Shown: positions 1-10,258, counted from the first letter of the stretch. The stretch: 64,000 nucleotides of DNA from Prasinococcaceae sp. CCMP 1430 (GCA_013416795.1 RQSC01000032.1:781397-845396), one strand, 5' to 3'. Notes: generated by a model from the sequence alone, not told the origin. Translations and numbers: made by a program.

Positions 1-348
1 GCCCGCGCGCGCCGCCAGCATGAGCGGGGTCCGCGAGCGCGCGTCGCGTGCGTTTGGGCGGGCGCCTGCCGCGAGGAGGGCGGCCACCGCGGCAGCGCTG
101 CCCTCGTCACCGCCCGCGCCGCCGTCCGCGGTGCCGCCCCTGCCCGCTGCGGCAACACGCGGCCCAGCCGCGCACGCAAAATGGAGCGGCGTGAAGCCCA
201 TGCCGTAGAAGAGCGAGCGCCGGGCCAGCGCTGGCCGCGCGCGCAGCAGCGCGGCGACCTCTTCGCCATCGCGGGCGCGTATAGACTCCATCAGGGCCTC
301 GCGCCCGCCCCCGCCCCCGACGCCCGTGCAGCTCAGCGCGGCGCCCAT
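1..348 (-). CDS. Ankyrin-repeat protein with N-terminal MG..C myristoylation/palmitoylation-like signal; 5' part only, runs off the left edge
   Basis: Manual translation from ATG at 348, not in the ORF track: MGAALSC...GFTPLHFACAAG...VAALLAAGARPNARDARSRTPLMLAARAG. Two ankyrin TPLH/TPLM motifs; open to position 1. Confidence 0.8.
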   Translation of the reverse strand, partial: MGAALSCTGVGGGGGREALMESIRARDGEEVAALLRARPALARRSLFYGMGFTPLHFACAAGPRVAAAGRGGTADGGAGGDEGSAAAVAALLAAGARPNARDARSRTPLMLAARAG

Positions 349-422
349 GGCGCCCCACCCAAGCGCGCGGCGCCGCCGACTGCGCGGCAGCGCGCGCGAG
401 CGACGTAAAAAAAAAAAGAAGN

Positions 423-800
423 CAGCAGCCGGACGAAAATTTTGCGGTTGAGCGGCGCGTCCTCCACGACCAGGGCGCGCGCGCGCCGCGTGCCCCCCCC
501 GCCCTCAGGGCGCGTGTCCATCGCCGCCGTGACGGCGGCGAGCTCGGCGCCGCCATCTTCGCCGTCGTCGCCGTCAGCAGCTCCGCCTGCGGGATGGATG
601 GGGGCGGGGGCTACCATGTCCTCGCCGACAGCGGCGGTGGGCATGGTTGGCATCGCGCAGGCGGGCACGCGCAGGTGAATGCTGAACGTAGAGCCCTCGC
701 CCACTTTCGACTCCAGCTCGAGCTTGCCGCCGTGCAAATCCACGATGATGCGGCAGAGGTAGAGCCCGAGGCCGCTCGAGTGTTTTGCATTGCGGGCGAG
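423..800 (-). CDS. Fragment of a hybrid histidine kinase (end of HATPase_c plus start of receiver domain), truncated at both ends
   Basis: [35 protein letters not shown] (G2 box), linker, then [19 protein letters not shown] cut by the N at 422. No upstream N/G1 boxes visible. Confidence 0.8.
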
Positions 801-1192
801 CCGGCGCGCGGGCGGGCCGCGGCGCGGCGCGGCATGGGTGTTGCGGAAAGGGACATGGGACAGGGATTTAGATTTAAATTCCGGTTCGAGAAGCCTCCGG
901 ACCGGGCTATAAGGTAAAACCTCCTTTTAGGCTCACATGACTCCCGGCTGATATGGCTGGAGCTCTTTTCGGTTGTTGGTTGGTGGGCGGGATTGCAATT
1001 GGTTCGTTGTTGGCACGTTCAAATTCAGTTGCAATGCAATGCAACGATGGTGGATGCCCGCCCGCGTTCGAAAAGGCCCGAGGAAATGAAGGAGGGCGCG
1101 CACGCGTGGTTGGCCGAGGGCGCGCCACGGCGGCGCGCGCGCGCGCGGGATGCCGCGGGGTTGGGGTTCGCGGTGCTGTCGGCGCGCGGCGN

Positions 1193-1522
1193 GCCGGGTG
1201 GCTCCGGCGCCGAGGACACCGAGGACAACACCGAGGGTGCCGCCGCAGCCGTACCTGCCGATGCCGGCTCAAAAGCCTGTGCCACCGACGTCGTGGGCGT
1301 CGGCAGCGTCGTCGACGGCGTGACGTACGCCGTCGAGCTGCTAGCCACGGTAGCGGGCGCCGGCACGGCCACCGGCCCCGGCCCCGCCGCCGTCGCCGAC
1401 GCCGGCGAGTGCCCGGGCGAGGGCGCCACTTCGGCGATGCCCAGCTTGGCACGCAGCGCCGCCAGGCGCGCCCGCGAGCTGCCGCATCCCGCCGCCCCCG
1501 CAGCGGAAGCAGCTTCCGACAT
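1193..1522 (-). CDS. Hypothetical low-complexity Ala/Ser/Thr/Pro protein, 5' part cut by gap
   Basis: ATG at 1522: MSEAASAAGAAGCGSSRARLAALRAKLGIAEVAP...; open to the N at 1192; AT-rich promoter-like DNA upstream (1650-1790). Confidence 0.45.
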
Positions 1523-2043
1523 CGATCCTTCCTCCCCACACACACGCCGCGCGGCCGCGCGGCGTCTGGCGGGCGCACCACCCCCGCCTCCCCACCCCCT
1601 CCCCCCACCCCCGCCTCCCCGCGCCCGCGCCCCGCGCCCGCGCGTCCGCGCGGTTTGAATTCCTGTCTCCCGTGGGTAATTATAACATTCTTGTGAATGA
1701 GAGTACTCTGCAACGCAAACACGAGCAAAATAGTCTCCCGTCGGGTTCATTGACACTAATTAGGATTTGGTGTCGCATGTGTGCGCGCGTTTGCATCGCG
1801 TTTGTGCGGGTGGTGCGTGAGTGGCGTGGTGGGCGTGCGTCTGCAGGAGCGCACGGAGGATGAAGGAGGTGGGATGGGTGGGTGGCTGGGCTGGGGGAGC
1901 GCGTGTGGGCGCGCGCCACTCGGCGGGCGCGCTGCAGCGCGGCCCGCGGCGCCCGGGCGAGGCATTCAAGCCTGGAGGGGGCAGCGGGGGGGGGGGGACG
2001 GGGAGAGAGCAGGCGGTAGGGGGACAGGTCCGCGACTGCGACC

Positions 2044-5000
2044 ATGGTGAAGGCGTACCTGCGCTACGAACAGAGCGCACTTTGTGGCGTGGTATCGAGC
2101 GCGCGCGGTGGCGGCGGCGTGGCGTTCGCCGACGCGGACGGCGCGGCCGTCGCCGTCGCGGCGGTCGAGCGCGTCAACGTGTGGTCGGTGCGTGCAGGCG
2201 AGCTCGCCGCGAGCCTCGCGCAAGAGGGCAATACGAGCGGCGTCGGCGGGCAGGAGCGTCTTCCCGAGTGCACGAGCCTGCTCGCGCTCGCGGGCGCGCA
2301 CGCGCGCTCCGACCGACTGCTCATCGCGGGGTACGCCGATGGCCACGTCCGCGTGTGGGAGAGCGACGGCGGATGCCGGGCGCAGCTGCGCGGCCACCGC
2401 CGGCCAGTGACGGCGCTCGCCGGCTCAGCGGACGGCGCGGCGCTCGCCAGCGGCGCGGCAGACGGCGATGTGGTGGTGTGGGACGCGCTCGCCGATGCCG
2501 GCGTGTGCCGCCTCAAGGGCCATCGCGGACAAGTCACCTGCCTTGCGTTCCTTGAGGCGTACGGCGCGCACACCGCCGGCCGCGCCGGGTCGAGCGCGCG
2601 CGCAAGCACGAGCGGCGGCGGCAGCGGCGCGTGGCTCGCCTCGGGCTCGAAAGACGGCATGGTGCGCGTGTGGCACGTGGCGACGCGGCACTGCGTGCAG
2701 GTGCTGCAGGCGTGGCGCGGCGAGGTCTGGTCGCTCGCGCTCCATCCCGAGGGGGAGCGTCTGGTGGTGGGCACCGGCGACGAGTATCTGCGCCTCTTCG
2801 ACGTGGACGTCGCCGCGGGCGAAGCGCTCGCCGCGGCGGCCGTCGACGCGGACGCTGCGCTGGCGCGGCGAGAGGGCGACGCCGAGCCCGCTGCGGGCAC
2901 CAAGCGCAAAGGCGGAGGGGGCGACGGCGAGGACGACGGCGAGGGCGAGAATGGCGGTGAAGGTGAGCGGGCCGAACGCTTCCTCGGCGGCATTGCCGGC
3001 AGCCTGGTGGGCGCCGCCACCGACGTTGAGGTGCTGCGTGAGTCGGGTAGGTTGAAGCGCTCTGCGGCGGCGGGCACGCACCGGGCGAGCGCGCTCGAGT
3101 TTTCTGCCGATGGTCTGCTGCTCGCCGCCGCCTCGTCGGGCCGTCTGGTCGAGCTCTATCGCGTGCTCGACGGCGCCGCCGCGCAGAGGCGCGCGAAGCG
3201 ACGCGTGAAGCGCGCGAAAGAGAAGGCCGCCAAGCGCAAGGCGGCCCTCAAGGGCGAGCTCGAGTCACTCGCCGACGGCGATCCGCAGCTGGAGGAGCTC
3301 GAGGCGGAGCTTGCTGAGGCCGAGCGCGAGCTCGCGGAGGGCGTGCACGCGGTGGACACACTGCAGCTGCAGGCGGCGGTCACCACCAAGGCGCGTGTCG
3401 CGGGCGTGGCGTTCGCCGAGCCTGGCGGACCATGGGCGCCGAGGAAGGGGGGGACGGGCAAGGGCGATTCGAGCAAGGGCGGTGCCACGCAGCGGCTGGC
3501 GGTGGCACTCTCCAACAACTCGGTAGAGATCGTGCACGTGTCGCCACCCGCCGACAAGGGCGACGAGGGTGTGGAGCTCGCGCACACGCTCGACGCCGCG
3601 GGCCATCGCGCGGACGTGCGCGCTGTGGCGCTCTCCGCCGACGACCGCCTTCTGGTGACCGCGTCGAGCGGCCTGGTTAAGGTGTGGCCGACCGATGCCA
3701 AGTCCGGCGCACCGCCGACCGCGACCATGTCCTGCGGCTACGCGTTGTGCACGCTGGTGGCACCCGGCGGGCGCTTCGCGGTGGTGGGCACCAAGTCTGG
3801 CAGCCTGCAGGTTTTCGACCTGGGCGCCGCAGCGATGGTCGACGAGGTGGAGGCTCACAAGGGCGAGTGCTGGAGCATCGCCGCGATGCCCGACGGCTCG
3901 GGCCTCGTCTCAGGTGGCGCTGACCGTCGCGTGCGCTTCTGGGAGTACGCCGTCACGCAGCCGGCTGGCGGCGCCGCCTCGATCACGCTGCGCGAGTCCA
4001 AGTCCATGTCCATGTCTGACGACGTGCTCAGCGTGCGCTTCGGTGGATCCGGCGGCAAGTACCTCGCTGTCTCGCTGCTGGATTCGACCGTCAAGGTCTT
4101 CTTCGCCGACACGCTCAAATTCTTCCTCAGTCTCTATGGACACAAGCTCCCAGTGCTGTGCATGGACGCCTCGGACGATGGCGCGCTGCTGGCGACTGGC
4201 GGTGCCGACAAGAACGTGAAGCTCTGGGGGTTGGACTTCGGTGACTGCCACAGGAGCCTGTTCGCGCACGACGGGAGCGTCATGGGTGTGGCGTTCGTGC
4301 CACGCACGCACTACCTCTTCAGCGTCGGCAAGGACGGCTCGCTCAAGTACTGGGACGCCGACAAGTTCGAGCTGCTGCTCACGCTTGAGGGGCACCACTC
4401 GCAGGTCTGGGGCCTGACCGTGTCAAGTCGTGGCGATTTCGTGGTGACGGCAGGCGCGGACAAGTCGGTGCGACGCTGGGTGCGCACTGATGAGCCCTTC
4501 TTCATCGAGGAGGAGCGCGAGCGCAAGATGGACTCCCTCTTCGAGGCTGAGGGAGCGGGAGGCGGTGGCGAGGGTGCGGTGCTCGAGGGCGCGCTGGCCC
4601 CTGCCTCGAACCCGGAGATGGACGCGAGCCTCGCTGGCAGGCGCACGGGGGAGACGGCCGACGCCGCCGATAAGATCATCGAGGCGCTGGATATGGCGGC
4701 AACGGAGGAAAAGCGTCTCAACGAGGCAGCCACCGAAGGTGCGGACAAGGCCGGCGCGGCGAATCCGCTCATGCTGGGCATGGGTCCAGATCCGTACCTG
4801 CTGCGCACGGTGCGCTCAGTGCGTGCGTCGGAGCTCGAGCAAGCGCTGCTCGTGCTGCCCTTTGAGCACGCGATGCAGCTGGTGGGCTTCCTCGCGCGCA
4901 TGCTCCGTGCCGGCGGCGCGCACGTGGAGCTGTGCGCCAAGGCGGCGACAACCATCGCGCGCCTCCACCACGACCAGCTGTCGGGCGCGCACGCCGCACG

Positions 5001-5289
5001 CTCTGCGCTCGAGGAGCTGCGCGACGCCTGCCGGCCGGCCGCGCAGCGCCTGCGGGACACCATGGGCCTCAATCTCGCCGCCGTTCGCATCATCCAGCAG
5101 CGCATCGAGGCCGACCGCGCGGGCCTCCTCGGGGCTGCGGAAGAGCGCGTCGCGCAGCTGCGCGCAGCGTCGGCGCGCATGGCGGCGGTGGCAGCGGGCG
5201 GTGCCACACTTGGCACGAAGGCGGGGGCTGCCGCGGAGGCGACCAAGAGCGAGGCCGGCAGGCGCAGGAAGTCGCGCAGGCTCGCGTAG
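2044..5289 (+). CDS. WDR3: WD40-repeat SSU processome protein WDR3/Utp12/Dip2
   Basis: MVKAYLRYE start; many WD repeats (LRGHRRPV, LKGHRGQVT, FFLSLYGHKLPVLCMD, DFGDCHRSLFAH); C-terminal Utp12-like helical region. Intronless. Confidence 0.95.
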   Translation: MVKAYLRYEQSALCGVVSSARGGGGVAFADADGAAVAVAAVERVNVWSVRAGELAASLAQEGNTSGVGGQERLPECTSLLALAGAHARSDRLLIAGYADGHVRVWESDGGCRAQLRGHRRPVTALAGSADGAALASGAADGDVVVWDALADAGVCRLKGHRGQVTCLAFLEAYGAHTAGRAGSSARASTSGGGSGAWLASGSKDGMVRVWHVATRHCVQVLQAWRGEVWSLALHPEGERLVVGTGDEYLRLFDVDVAAGEALAAAAVDADAALARREGDAEPAAGTKRKGGGGDGEDDGEGENGGEGERAERFLGGIAGSLVGAATDVEVLRESGRLKRSAAAGTHRASALEFSADGLLLAAASSGRLVELYRVLDGAAAQRRAKRRVKRAKEKAAKRKAALKGELESLADGDPQLEELEAELAEAERELAEGVHAVDTLQLQAAVTTKARVAGVAFAEPGGPWAPRKGGTGKGDSSKGGATQRLAVALSNNSVEIVHVSPPADKGDEGVELAHTLDAAGHRADVRAVALSADDRLLVTASSGLVKVWPTDAKSGAPPTATMSCGYALCTLVAPGGRFAVVGTKSGSLQVFDLGAAAMVDEVEAHKGECWSIAAMPDGSGLVSGGADRRVRFWEYAVTQPAGGAASITLRESKSMSMSDDVLSVRFGGSGGKYLAVSLLDSTVKVFFADTLKFFLSLYGHKLPVLCMDASDDGALLATGGADKNVKLWGLDFGDCHRSLFAHDGSVMGVAFVPRTHYLFSVGKDGSLKYWDADKFELLLTLEGHHSQVWGLTVSSRGDFVVTAGADKSVRRWVRTDEPFFIEEERERKMDSLFEAEGAGGGGEGAVLEGALAPASNPEMDASLAGRRTGETADAADKIIEALDMAATEEKRLNEAATEGADKAGAANPLMLGMGPDPYLLRTVRSVRASELEQALLVLPFEHAMQLVGFLARMLRAGGAHVELCAKAATTIARLHHDQLSGAHAARSALEELRDACRPAAQRLRDTMGLNLAAVRIIQQRIEADRAGLLGAAEERVAQLRAASARMAAVAAGGATLGTKAGAAAEATKSEAGRRRKSRRLA

Positions 5290-5462
5290 GCGCGCGGGGG
5301 GGGGGAGGGGGGCCGCGTGGGCGCCCGTTCTCGCGGGGCGCGCGCGCGCGCATCCCGCGCTGGCGGCCCGCGGACCGCTGAGTGGCTCTGCTGGGGAAAA
5401 AATAATTAATGCTTAAACCATCACACACACAAGGGACCCTCGCCAGCCCCGCCGCTCCGGCT

Positions 5463-7850
5463 TCACGCTGGCAAAAAGACCTCGCGGATGGCCCGCGCGG
5501 CCACCCGCGACGTGAGCCTCTCGGTCAGCTCGGGCAGCACCTGGCTGGCCACGCGCGGCAGCAGCGGCGCGATTTCCGCCAGCTGCTCCTGCGTGAGCGT
5601 GCCGCTGCTGTTGCCGCCGCTGCTGCCCCCCGCCACCAGGAACTGCACCATCTTCGTGACGTTCTCGACCTGCTTGCGGTCTTCCTCGCTCACCTCGGGC
5701 ACGAGCTGGAGCGAGTTGATTGCGCCCGGGAGAGGGACAGGGACGGCGAGAGACGAGACACCAAGCGACGACGCCAGCAGCACCAGCTGATCGCGCGAAA
5801 GGGCGTCGATGGACTTCACCACCTCGTCGAGCACGAACTCCCTGAAGAAGCCGCCCTCCTCGGACAGCACGAACGTCAGGGCCTCACGAGAGGAGCCACT
5901 GCCGCCGTCACCACCGCCGCTCGCCGCCCCACCGAGAGACGAGAGCTGCATGGCGCCGAAAGGCGGCGTCGCCAACCCCGCGCCGTCGGCGAAGACGCCG
6001 CTGAGCTGCGGGGGCAGCGGCAGGCCAGCCGGCAGCGGCGGCAGCGGCAGGCCGGCGGGAAGCGGAGGCAGCGGGAAGCCGCCAGGGAGCGGCAGCGTCG
6101 GCGCGCTGGCTAGCGCCGGCACCAGGCTGCCTCCCTGACCGGATCCCTGGCTGCTGGTTGCGGCCGCGCCGCTGCTGGCGCGATCGTCCTGCGCGGCGTC
6201 CTTCTCGCCACCGTCCGGGGCGCCGTCGCCCATGGCAGTGCGCGAAGCCGCGGCGTAGGTCTCGAGTGCCTCCAGTAGGTCGATGACGCGGTCGGCATCG
6301 AAGGTGGTGCCCTTCCCGTAGACCATGTAACGCAAAGCAGCCCGCAGGCGCGGCGAGTCGTCCGTCAGCAGGCGGCGGGAAAGGTAGGGGTACGCCTCGT
6401 CGATGATTGCGAAGTCCTCGTCGGCCGTGAGCGCGATGCCCTCGAGCACACCAATGGCGCGGATGACGATGGCGAAGTAGGGAGGGATCTTGAAGGGGAA
6501 ATCGAACGTGATCTGCGCGAGGTCGGCGGCCAGGTCCTGGAAGTTGATGGCCTTGGCGCCGCCACCTGCGAGGGCCGCGTCGAACACGCGCGCGAGGGCG
6601 GGTTTGATGGGGTCCGTATCGACGCCCGGGTCGATGAAGTCCAGGGTGACGAAGTCGTCCGCGATAGCGTCATAATCCCTGTGGATCAGGTGCGAGACCG
6701 CCTCGATCATGCCGATTTTGATGTCCTGGTCGAGCTCGGTCATCAGCCCGAAGTCAAGCACGGCGAGCTTGCCGTCGGGCGTCCTGATGAGGTTGCCAGG
6801 GTGCGGGTCAGCATGGAAGAAGCCGGTGTCCAGGAGCTGCTTCAGGTAGCACAGCACGCCCACATTGACGAGGTCGCCGACGTCGTCGGCGGTCGACTGG
6901 CTGAGCTTCTCGCCTTCAACCCACGAGGTCGTGAGCACCTTCCGCGAGGTGTACTCCGCGTAGGTCTTCGGCACGACCACCTGCGGCAGATCGGCCTGCA
7001 TCTGCTCGGCGAAGCGCGTGGCGTTGTCGCCCTCGCGCACGTAGTCGAGCTCCTCGAAGAACCGCGCGGCCCACTCGTCGAGCAACGCGACAACATCCAC
7101 GCGCTCGACGAGCTCGGGGAAGTTGCGCAGCCACAGCCCGATCGTCCGGATGATGTACAGGTCGATGGTGACCGTCTCAAGGACGAAGGGGCGCTGCACC
7201 TTGACCGCCACGGTCTCCCCGGAATACAGCTTGCCCTTGTATACCTGTCCCAGGCTCGCCGCGGCGATGGGCTCGGGGGTGAGCTCGGCGTACACCTCGG
7301 AAACGGGCTTGCCGAGCTCCTCCTCGATGCACTCGTAGGCGATCTTGGAATCGAAGGAGGGCACCTTGTCGCACAGGCGCTGCAGCTCGACCATGGCAGC
7401 CGGCGAGAGCAGGTCGGGCCGGATCGCCAACGCCTGGCCGATCTTAATGTACGCGGGGCCCAGCGAGGTAACGATGTCGCGCAGCTCGATGGCGCGCTTC
7501 ACCTCGTTCTCCTTGAGGGTGCCGCGCACGGCGTCCAGCGCGAGGCCGGCCACGAACGAGCCGGCCACCGAGGTGAGCTGCACGATGCGCTTCGCGATGG
7601 CACCCTTGCGCGCACCCCAGTACGCGGCGATGCCCGTCGGCGAGTACACCAGCGGCAGCGCGTCCTCGGAGCCGACGTTGGCGGAGCTGCCGTCGAAGTC
7701 GAGCAGCCGCATGTTGACGTCGGCGCTCGCAAAGTCCTCCTCGTTGAGGTTTGAGCCGCGAAGGCCTGCCATCAGCGCGCTGAGGTCCTCGTCCTCCTCC
7801 ATCTGGCGCCGCACGTCCTTCATCTGCGCGGCCATCTCCTTGACGTTCAC
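5463..7850 (-). CDS. ABC1K6: Plastid ABC1/UbiB atypical kinase, ABC1K6 (At3g24190)-like; native N-terminus unclear
   Basis: LGPAYIKIGQALAIRPDL, AAASLGQVYKG, VAVKVQRP, FHADPHPGN, LDFGLM. RQMEEDEDLSALMAGLRGSNL and LPLVYSP..IAAYWG match ABC1K6 as I recall it. Confidence 0.88.
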   Translation of the reverse strand: MNVKEMAAQMKDVRRQMEEDEDLSALMAGLRGSNLNEEDFASADVNMRLLDFDGSSANVGSEDALPLVYSPTGIAAYWGARKGAIAKRIVQLTSVAGSFVAGLALDAVRGTLKENEVKRAIELRDIVTSLGPAYIKIGQALAIRPDLLSPAAMVELQRLCDKVPSFDSKIAYECIEEELGKPVSEVYAELTPEPIAAASLGQVYKGKLYSGETVAVKVQRPFVLETVTIDLYIIRTIGLWLRNFPELVERVDVVALLDEWAARFFEELDYVREGDNATRFAEQMQADLPQVVVPKTYAEYTSRKVLTTSWVEGEKLSQSTADDVGDLVNVGVLCYLKQLLDTGFFHADPHPGNLIRTPDGKLAVLDFGLMTELDQDIKIGMIEAVSHLIHRDYDAIADDFVTLDFIDPGVDTDPIKPALARVFDAALAGGGAKAINFQDLAADLAQITFDFPFKIPPYFAIVIRAIGVLEGIALTADEDFAIIDEAYPYLSRRLLTDDSPRLRAALRYMVYGKGTTFDADRVIDLLEALETYAAASRTAMGDGAPDGGEKDAAQDDRASSGAAATSSQGSGQGGSLVPALASAPTLPLPGGFPLPPLPAGLPLPPLPAGLPLPPQLSGVFADGAGLATPPFGAMQLSSLGGAASGGGDGGSGSSREALTFVLSEEGGFFREFVLDEVVKSIDALSRDQLVLLASSLGVSSLAVPVPLPGAINSLQLVPEVSEEDRKQVENVTKMVQFLVAGGSSGGNSSGTLTQEQLAEIAPLLPRVASQVLPELTERLTSRVAARAIREVFLPA

Positions 7851-8366
7851 CGAGCCGCCGCCAAAGCCGAGGAAGCTGCCGCCGAACGCGCTGACGTTGC
7901 GGTTGCGGCTCGACTGGCGGTCATAGGCCGAGGCGCGATAGTCGCGCTTGGCCTGGTCGGTCGCCCGCATGTCGAACTTCACCTTGGCGGTGATCGAGCC
8001 GTCGGTCACCACGATCCGGTTGATCCCCAGCATCACCATCGAGGCAAGCAGCTGCTGGCGCGACTTGGCCATGACGATGCGCGCGGCGTTGACGAAGCCG
8101 ATCTCGGCCTCCTCCTCGCTCAGGTCCGACGGAGCCGGGCCGCTCATGCCGAGCGTCGCGTGGATTTCGCTCAGCGCGGCTTCCTCGTCCTCCCCGGTGA
8201 CGCGCAGCTTCGACTTGCCGCTGTCCTCGTCGACATCGAGCGCGAGCAGGTCGGGGAAGCGATCGACCATGTAATCGCGGCCCTGACCCATGCCGATATT
8301 CTCGGCCATATACTCCTCCGCGGTCTTGGCGACGGCGGAGATCAGCTCGGCATAGGCCCGCATCTG
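7845..8366 (-). other. Bacterial-like coding segment (uncharacterised family) fused in frame upstream of ABC1K6
   Basis: QMRAYAELISAVAKTAEEYMAENI...RQQLLASMVMLGINRIVVTDGSITAKVKFD. Tyr is TAT in 4 of 5 codons, whereas the kinase part is overwhelmingly TAC. In-frame TAG at 8367-8369 directly upstream. Confidence 0.7.
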
Positions 8367-8583
8367 CTACGCGCCCCGGCGGAATTCGGCGCGAGCGGCT
8401 CTGGGGGCGCCCGCGGCTCGCCACGCGTGGCGCGCTCTCGGGCGGCAGGCGGATGCGCATGCGGATGCGGATTGGTTGGGATGGGTTGGAGAGTATCGCA
8501 GATGCTGCTGCTGCCGAGGCCGGATCCGCTGTCCTGCCTGGCGCCGCCGCAGGAAGCGGGAGCGGAAGCGCCGCCCAGGTCGA

Positions 8584-8727
8584 ATCGATCCATCAATCCA
8601 TCCATGTCCGTTCTGCCACCAAATGTATCCACATGGGATAAAATTTGCCGCGAAATGATCCCATATGGATGCACTACATTTCGGACGCTGGGAGGTAGAA
8701 CGGACATCGATCGATCGATGGATCGAT
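8584..8727. repeat. 144-bp imperfect inverted repeat (nested hairpin) in the divergent intergenic region
   Basis: 8584-8617 vs reverse complement of 8694-8727: 30/34 identical. 8624-8639 vs reverse complement of 8658-8673: 14/16 identical. Confidence 0.8.
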
Positions 8728-8981
8728 GGAGTTTCGATCGAGATCGAGCATCGACGAAATGTGAATGAATCCGAGGTTGGAACGCGGGTGGAAGCGCGCG
8801 CCGACGGCGCGACGCTCGCAGAGGATCGGATCCGATTTCTGGGGCGCGAATCTCCGAGCCGAGCCGAGCTCGGGCGCGAGGCGCGGCGGTCGGTCGGCAG
8901 CCGGCGCGCTGCCGCCTCGCTGGCGAGGGGGGCGAGGGACGCGCGGAGGGGGCGGGCGGGCGCGCGCGGCGGGCGCGCGCC

Positions 8982-10250
8982 ATGGCGCGCCTCTTCATGC
9001 AGCGCATCGCGAGCGCGCTGTCCTACACGACTGTGCGGCAGGTCAAGGTCCACTCCGTCACGGTGGGCCTCATCTACGCGGGCCTGTGCGCCGTCATCGT
9101 CGCGTACGTGCTGGGCTACGAGTTCTTCCTTGGCCACGGATACCAGGACGCCGAGACGGTGAAGGGGACCGTCCAGGTCAAGGTGAAGGGCACAGCGCGG
9201 TCGGACTGCGCGATGGGGCTCCGGGACTGCGTGGACGGCATGCGCGTGTGGGACACCACCGACCTGACCCTCAAGGCTGAAAACAGCGTGTTCATCACGA
9301 CCGCGCTGCAAAACACGGTGCAAACGCAGGGGCGATGTGCGGGCGCGCGCTCGGACCCGTTGCAGCCCCACTTCGACGAAAACTGCACGGCCGCGCCGAC
9401 GGGCATGTGCCTGGACGGGCACGTGAGCTGGTCGGGGGTGCAGACGGGCAGGTGCCTGCCCGCAGACCAGGAAGGCACGCGCTGGTGCGAGGTGCGCGGC
9501 TGGTGCCCCGCCGAGAGAGAGCGGGTGGAGCCGCTTCCAATGCAAGGCGTGGACGAATGGACGCTCTTCGTGCGGCTCTACGGCGAATTCGCCAAGTTCG
9601 GCGAGTCGTTCGACAATGCCAACGGCACGAGCCTCGTGGAGGGATACAACCTCTTCTCGGTGCGGGACCTGCTTGGCCGCGCGGGGATCGAGTACGATAC
9701 GATACGCTCGGGTGGCGTCGACCTGCTCATGCAATTTGCGCTGGATTGCAATCTGGACTCAAGCGAACAGTGCGTGCCCGCTCTCACCGTGGCGCGCGTC
9801 GAGGCGGAAGACTCCGAACTCAGCAAGGGTTTCAACGAGCGGACCGCCATCCTTTTCTCGCAGCTCCAGGGCAACGCCACGGACGGGAGCGCCGAGACCA
9901 AGCTCGCGCGCGAGCTGTGGAAGCGATACGGCATCAAAGTGCGCATACTGCTCACCGGCCAAGCGAGGAGGTTCGACGCCGTTGTGGCTGCGACGCGGCT
10001 GGGCGCTGGCTTGGCGTTGTTGAGTGTCGCCACTGTGATTGCGGACTTGCTCATCCTGTATGTTCTGCCGCGCAGGAGCGAGTACTACAGCCACAAATTC
10101 GATGAAGTGTACATCAACCATGACCATGATGGAGCACACGACGGTACGGAAGCCCATGAGGACGAGCTCGCCGGGGCGTGGAGGCAGGCCCCTCCGTCAG
10201 CGGCGCAGACCGCGAGGGAGCCGCTCATGCTCGGAACGTCGCGCGGGTGA
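8982..10250 (+). CDS. P2X: P2X purinoceptor (ATP-gated ion channel)
   Basis: N-terminal YTTVR (YxTxK/R), TM1, KVKG, Cys-rich ectodomain, GFNER (NFR position), ELWKRYGI, TM2, C-terminal YYSHK (YxxxK). TGTAA at 10259. Confidence 0.92.
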   Translation: MARLFMQRIASALSYTTVRQVKVHSVTVGLIYAGLCAVIVAYVLGYEFFLGHGYQDAETVKGTVQVKVKGTARSDCAMGLRDCVDGMRVWDTTDLTLKAENSVFITTALQNTVQTQGRCAGARSDPLQPHFDENCTAAPTGMCLDGHVSWSGVQTGRCLPADQEGTRWCEVRGWCPAERERVEPLPMQGVDEWTLFVRLYGEFAKFGESFDNANGTSLVEGYNLFSVRDLLGRAGIEYDTIRSGGVDLLMQFALDCNLDSSEQCVPALTVARVEAEDSELSKGFNERTAILFSQLQGNATDGSAETKLARELWKRYGIKVRILLTGQARRFDAVVAATRLGAGLALLSVATVIADLLILYVLPRRSEYYSHKFDEVYINHDHDGAHDGTEAHEDELAGAWRQAPPSAAQTAREPLMLGTSRG

Positions 10251-10258
10251 CCAGCAGC

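Noticed and set aside
1645-1700. GGTTTGAATTCC resembling a tRNA T-loop
   Set aside because: No acceptor, D or anticodon arms could be folded.
8367-8369. TAG upstream of the ABC1K6 fusion as programmed read-through or pyrrolysine
   Set aside because: It sits exactly at a compositional boundary and is better explained as a junction; no supporting element was seen.
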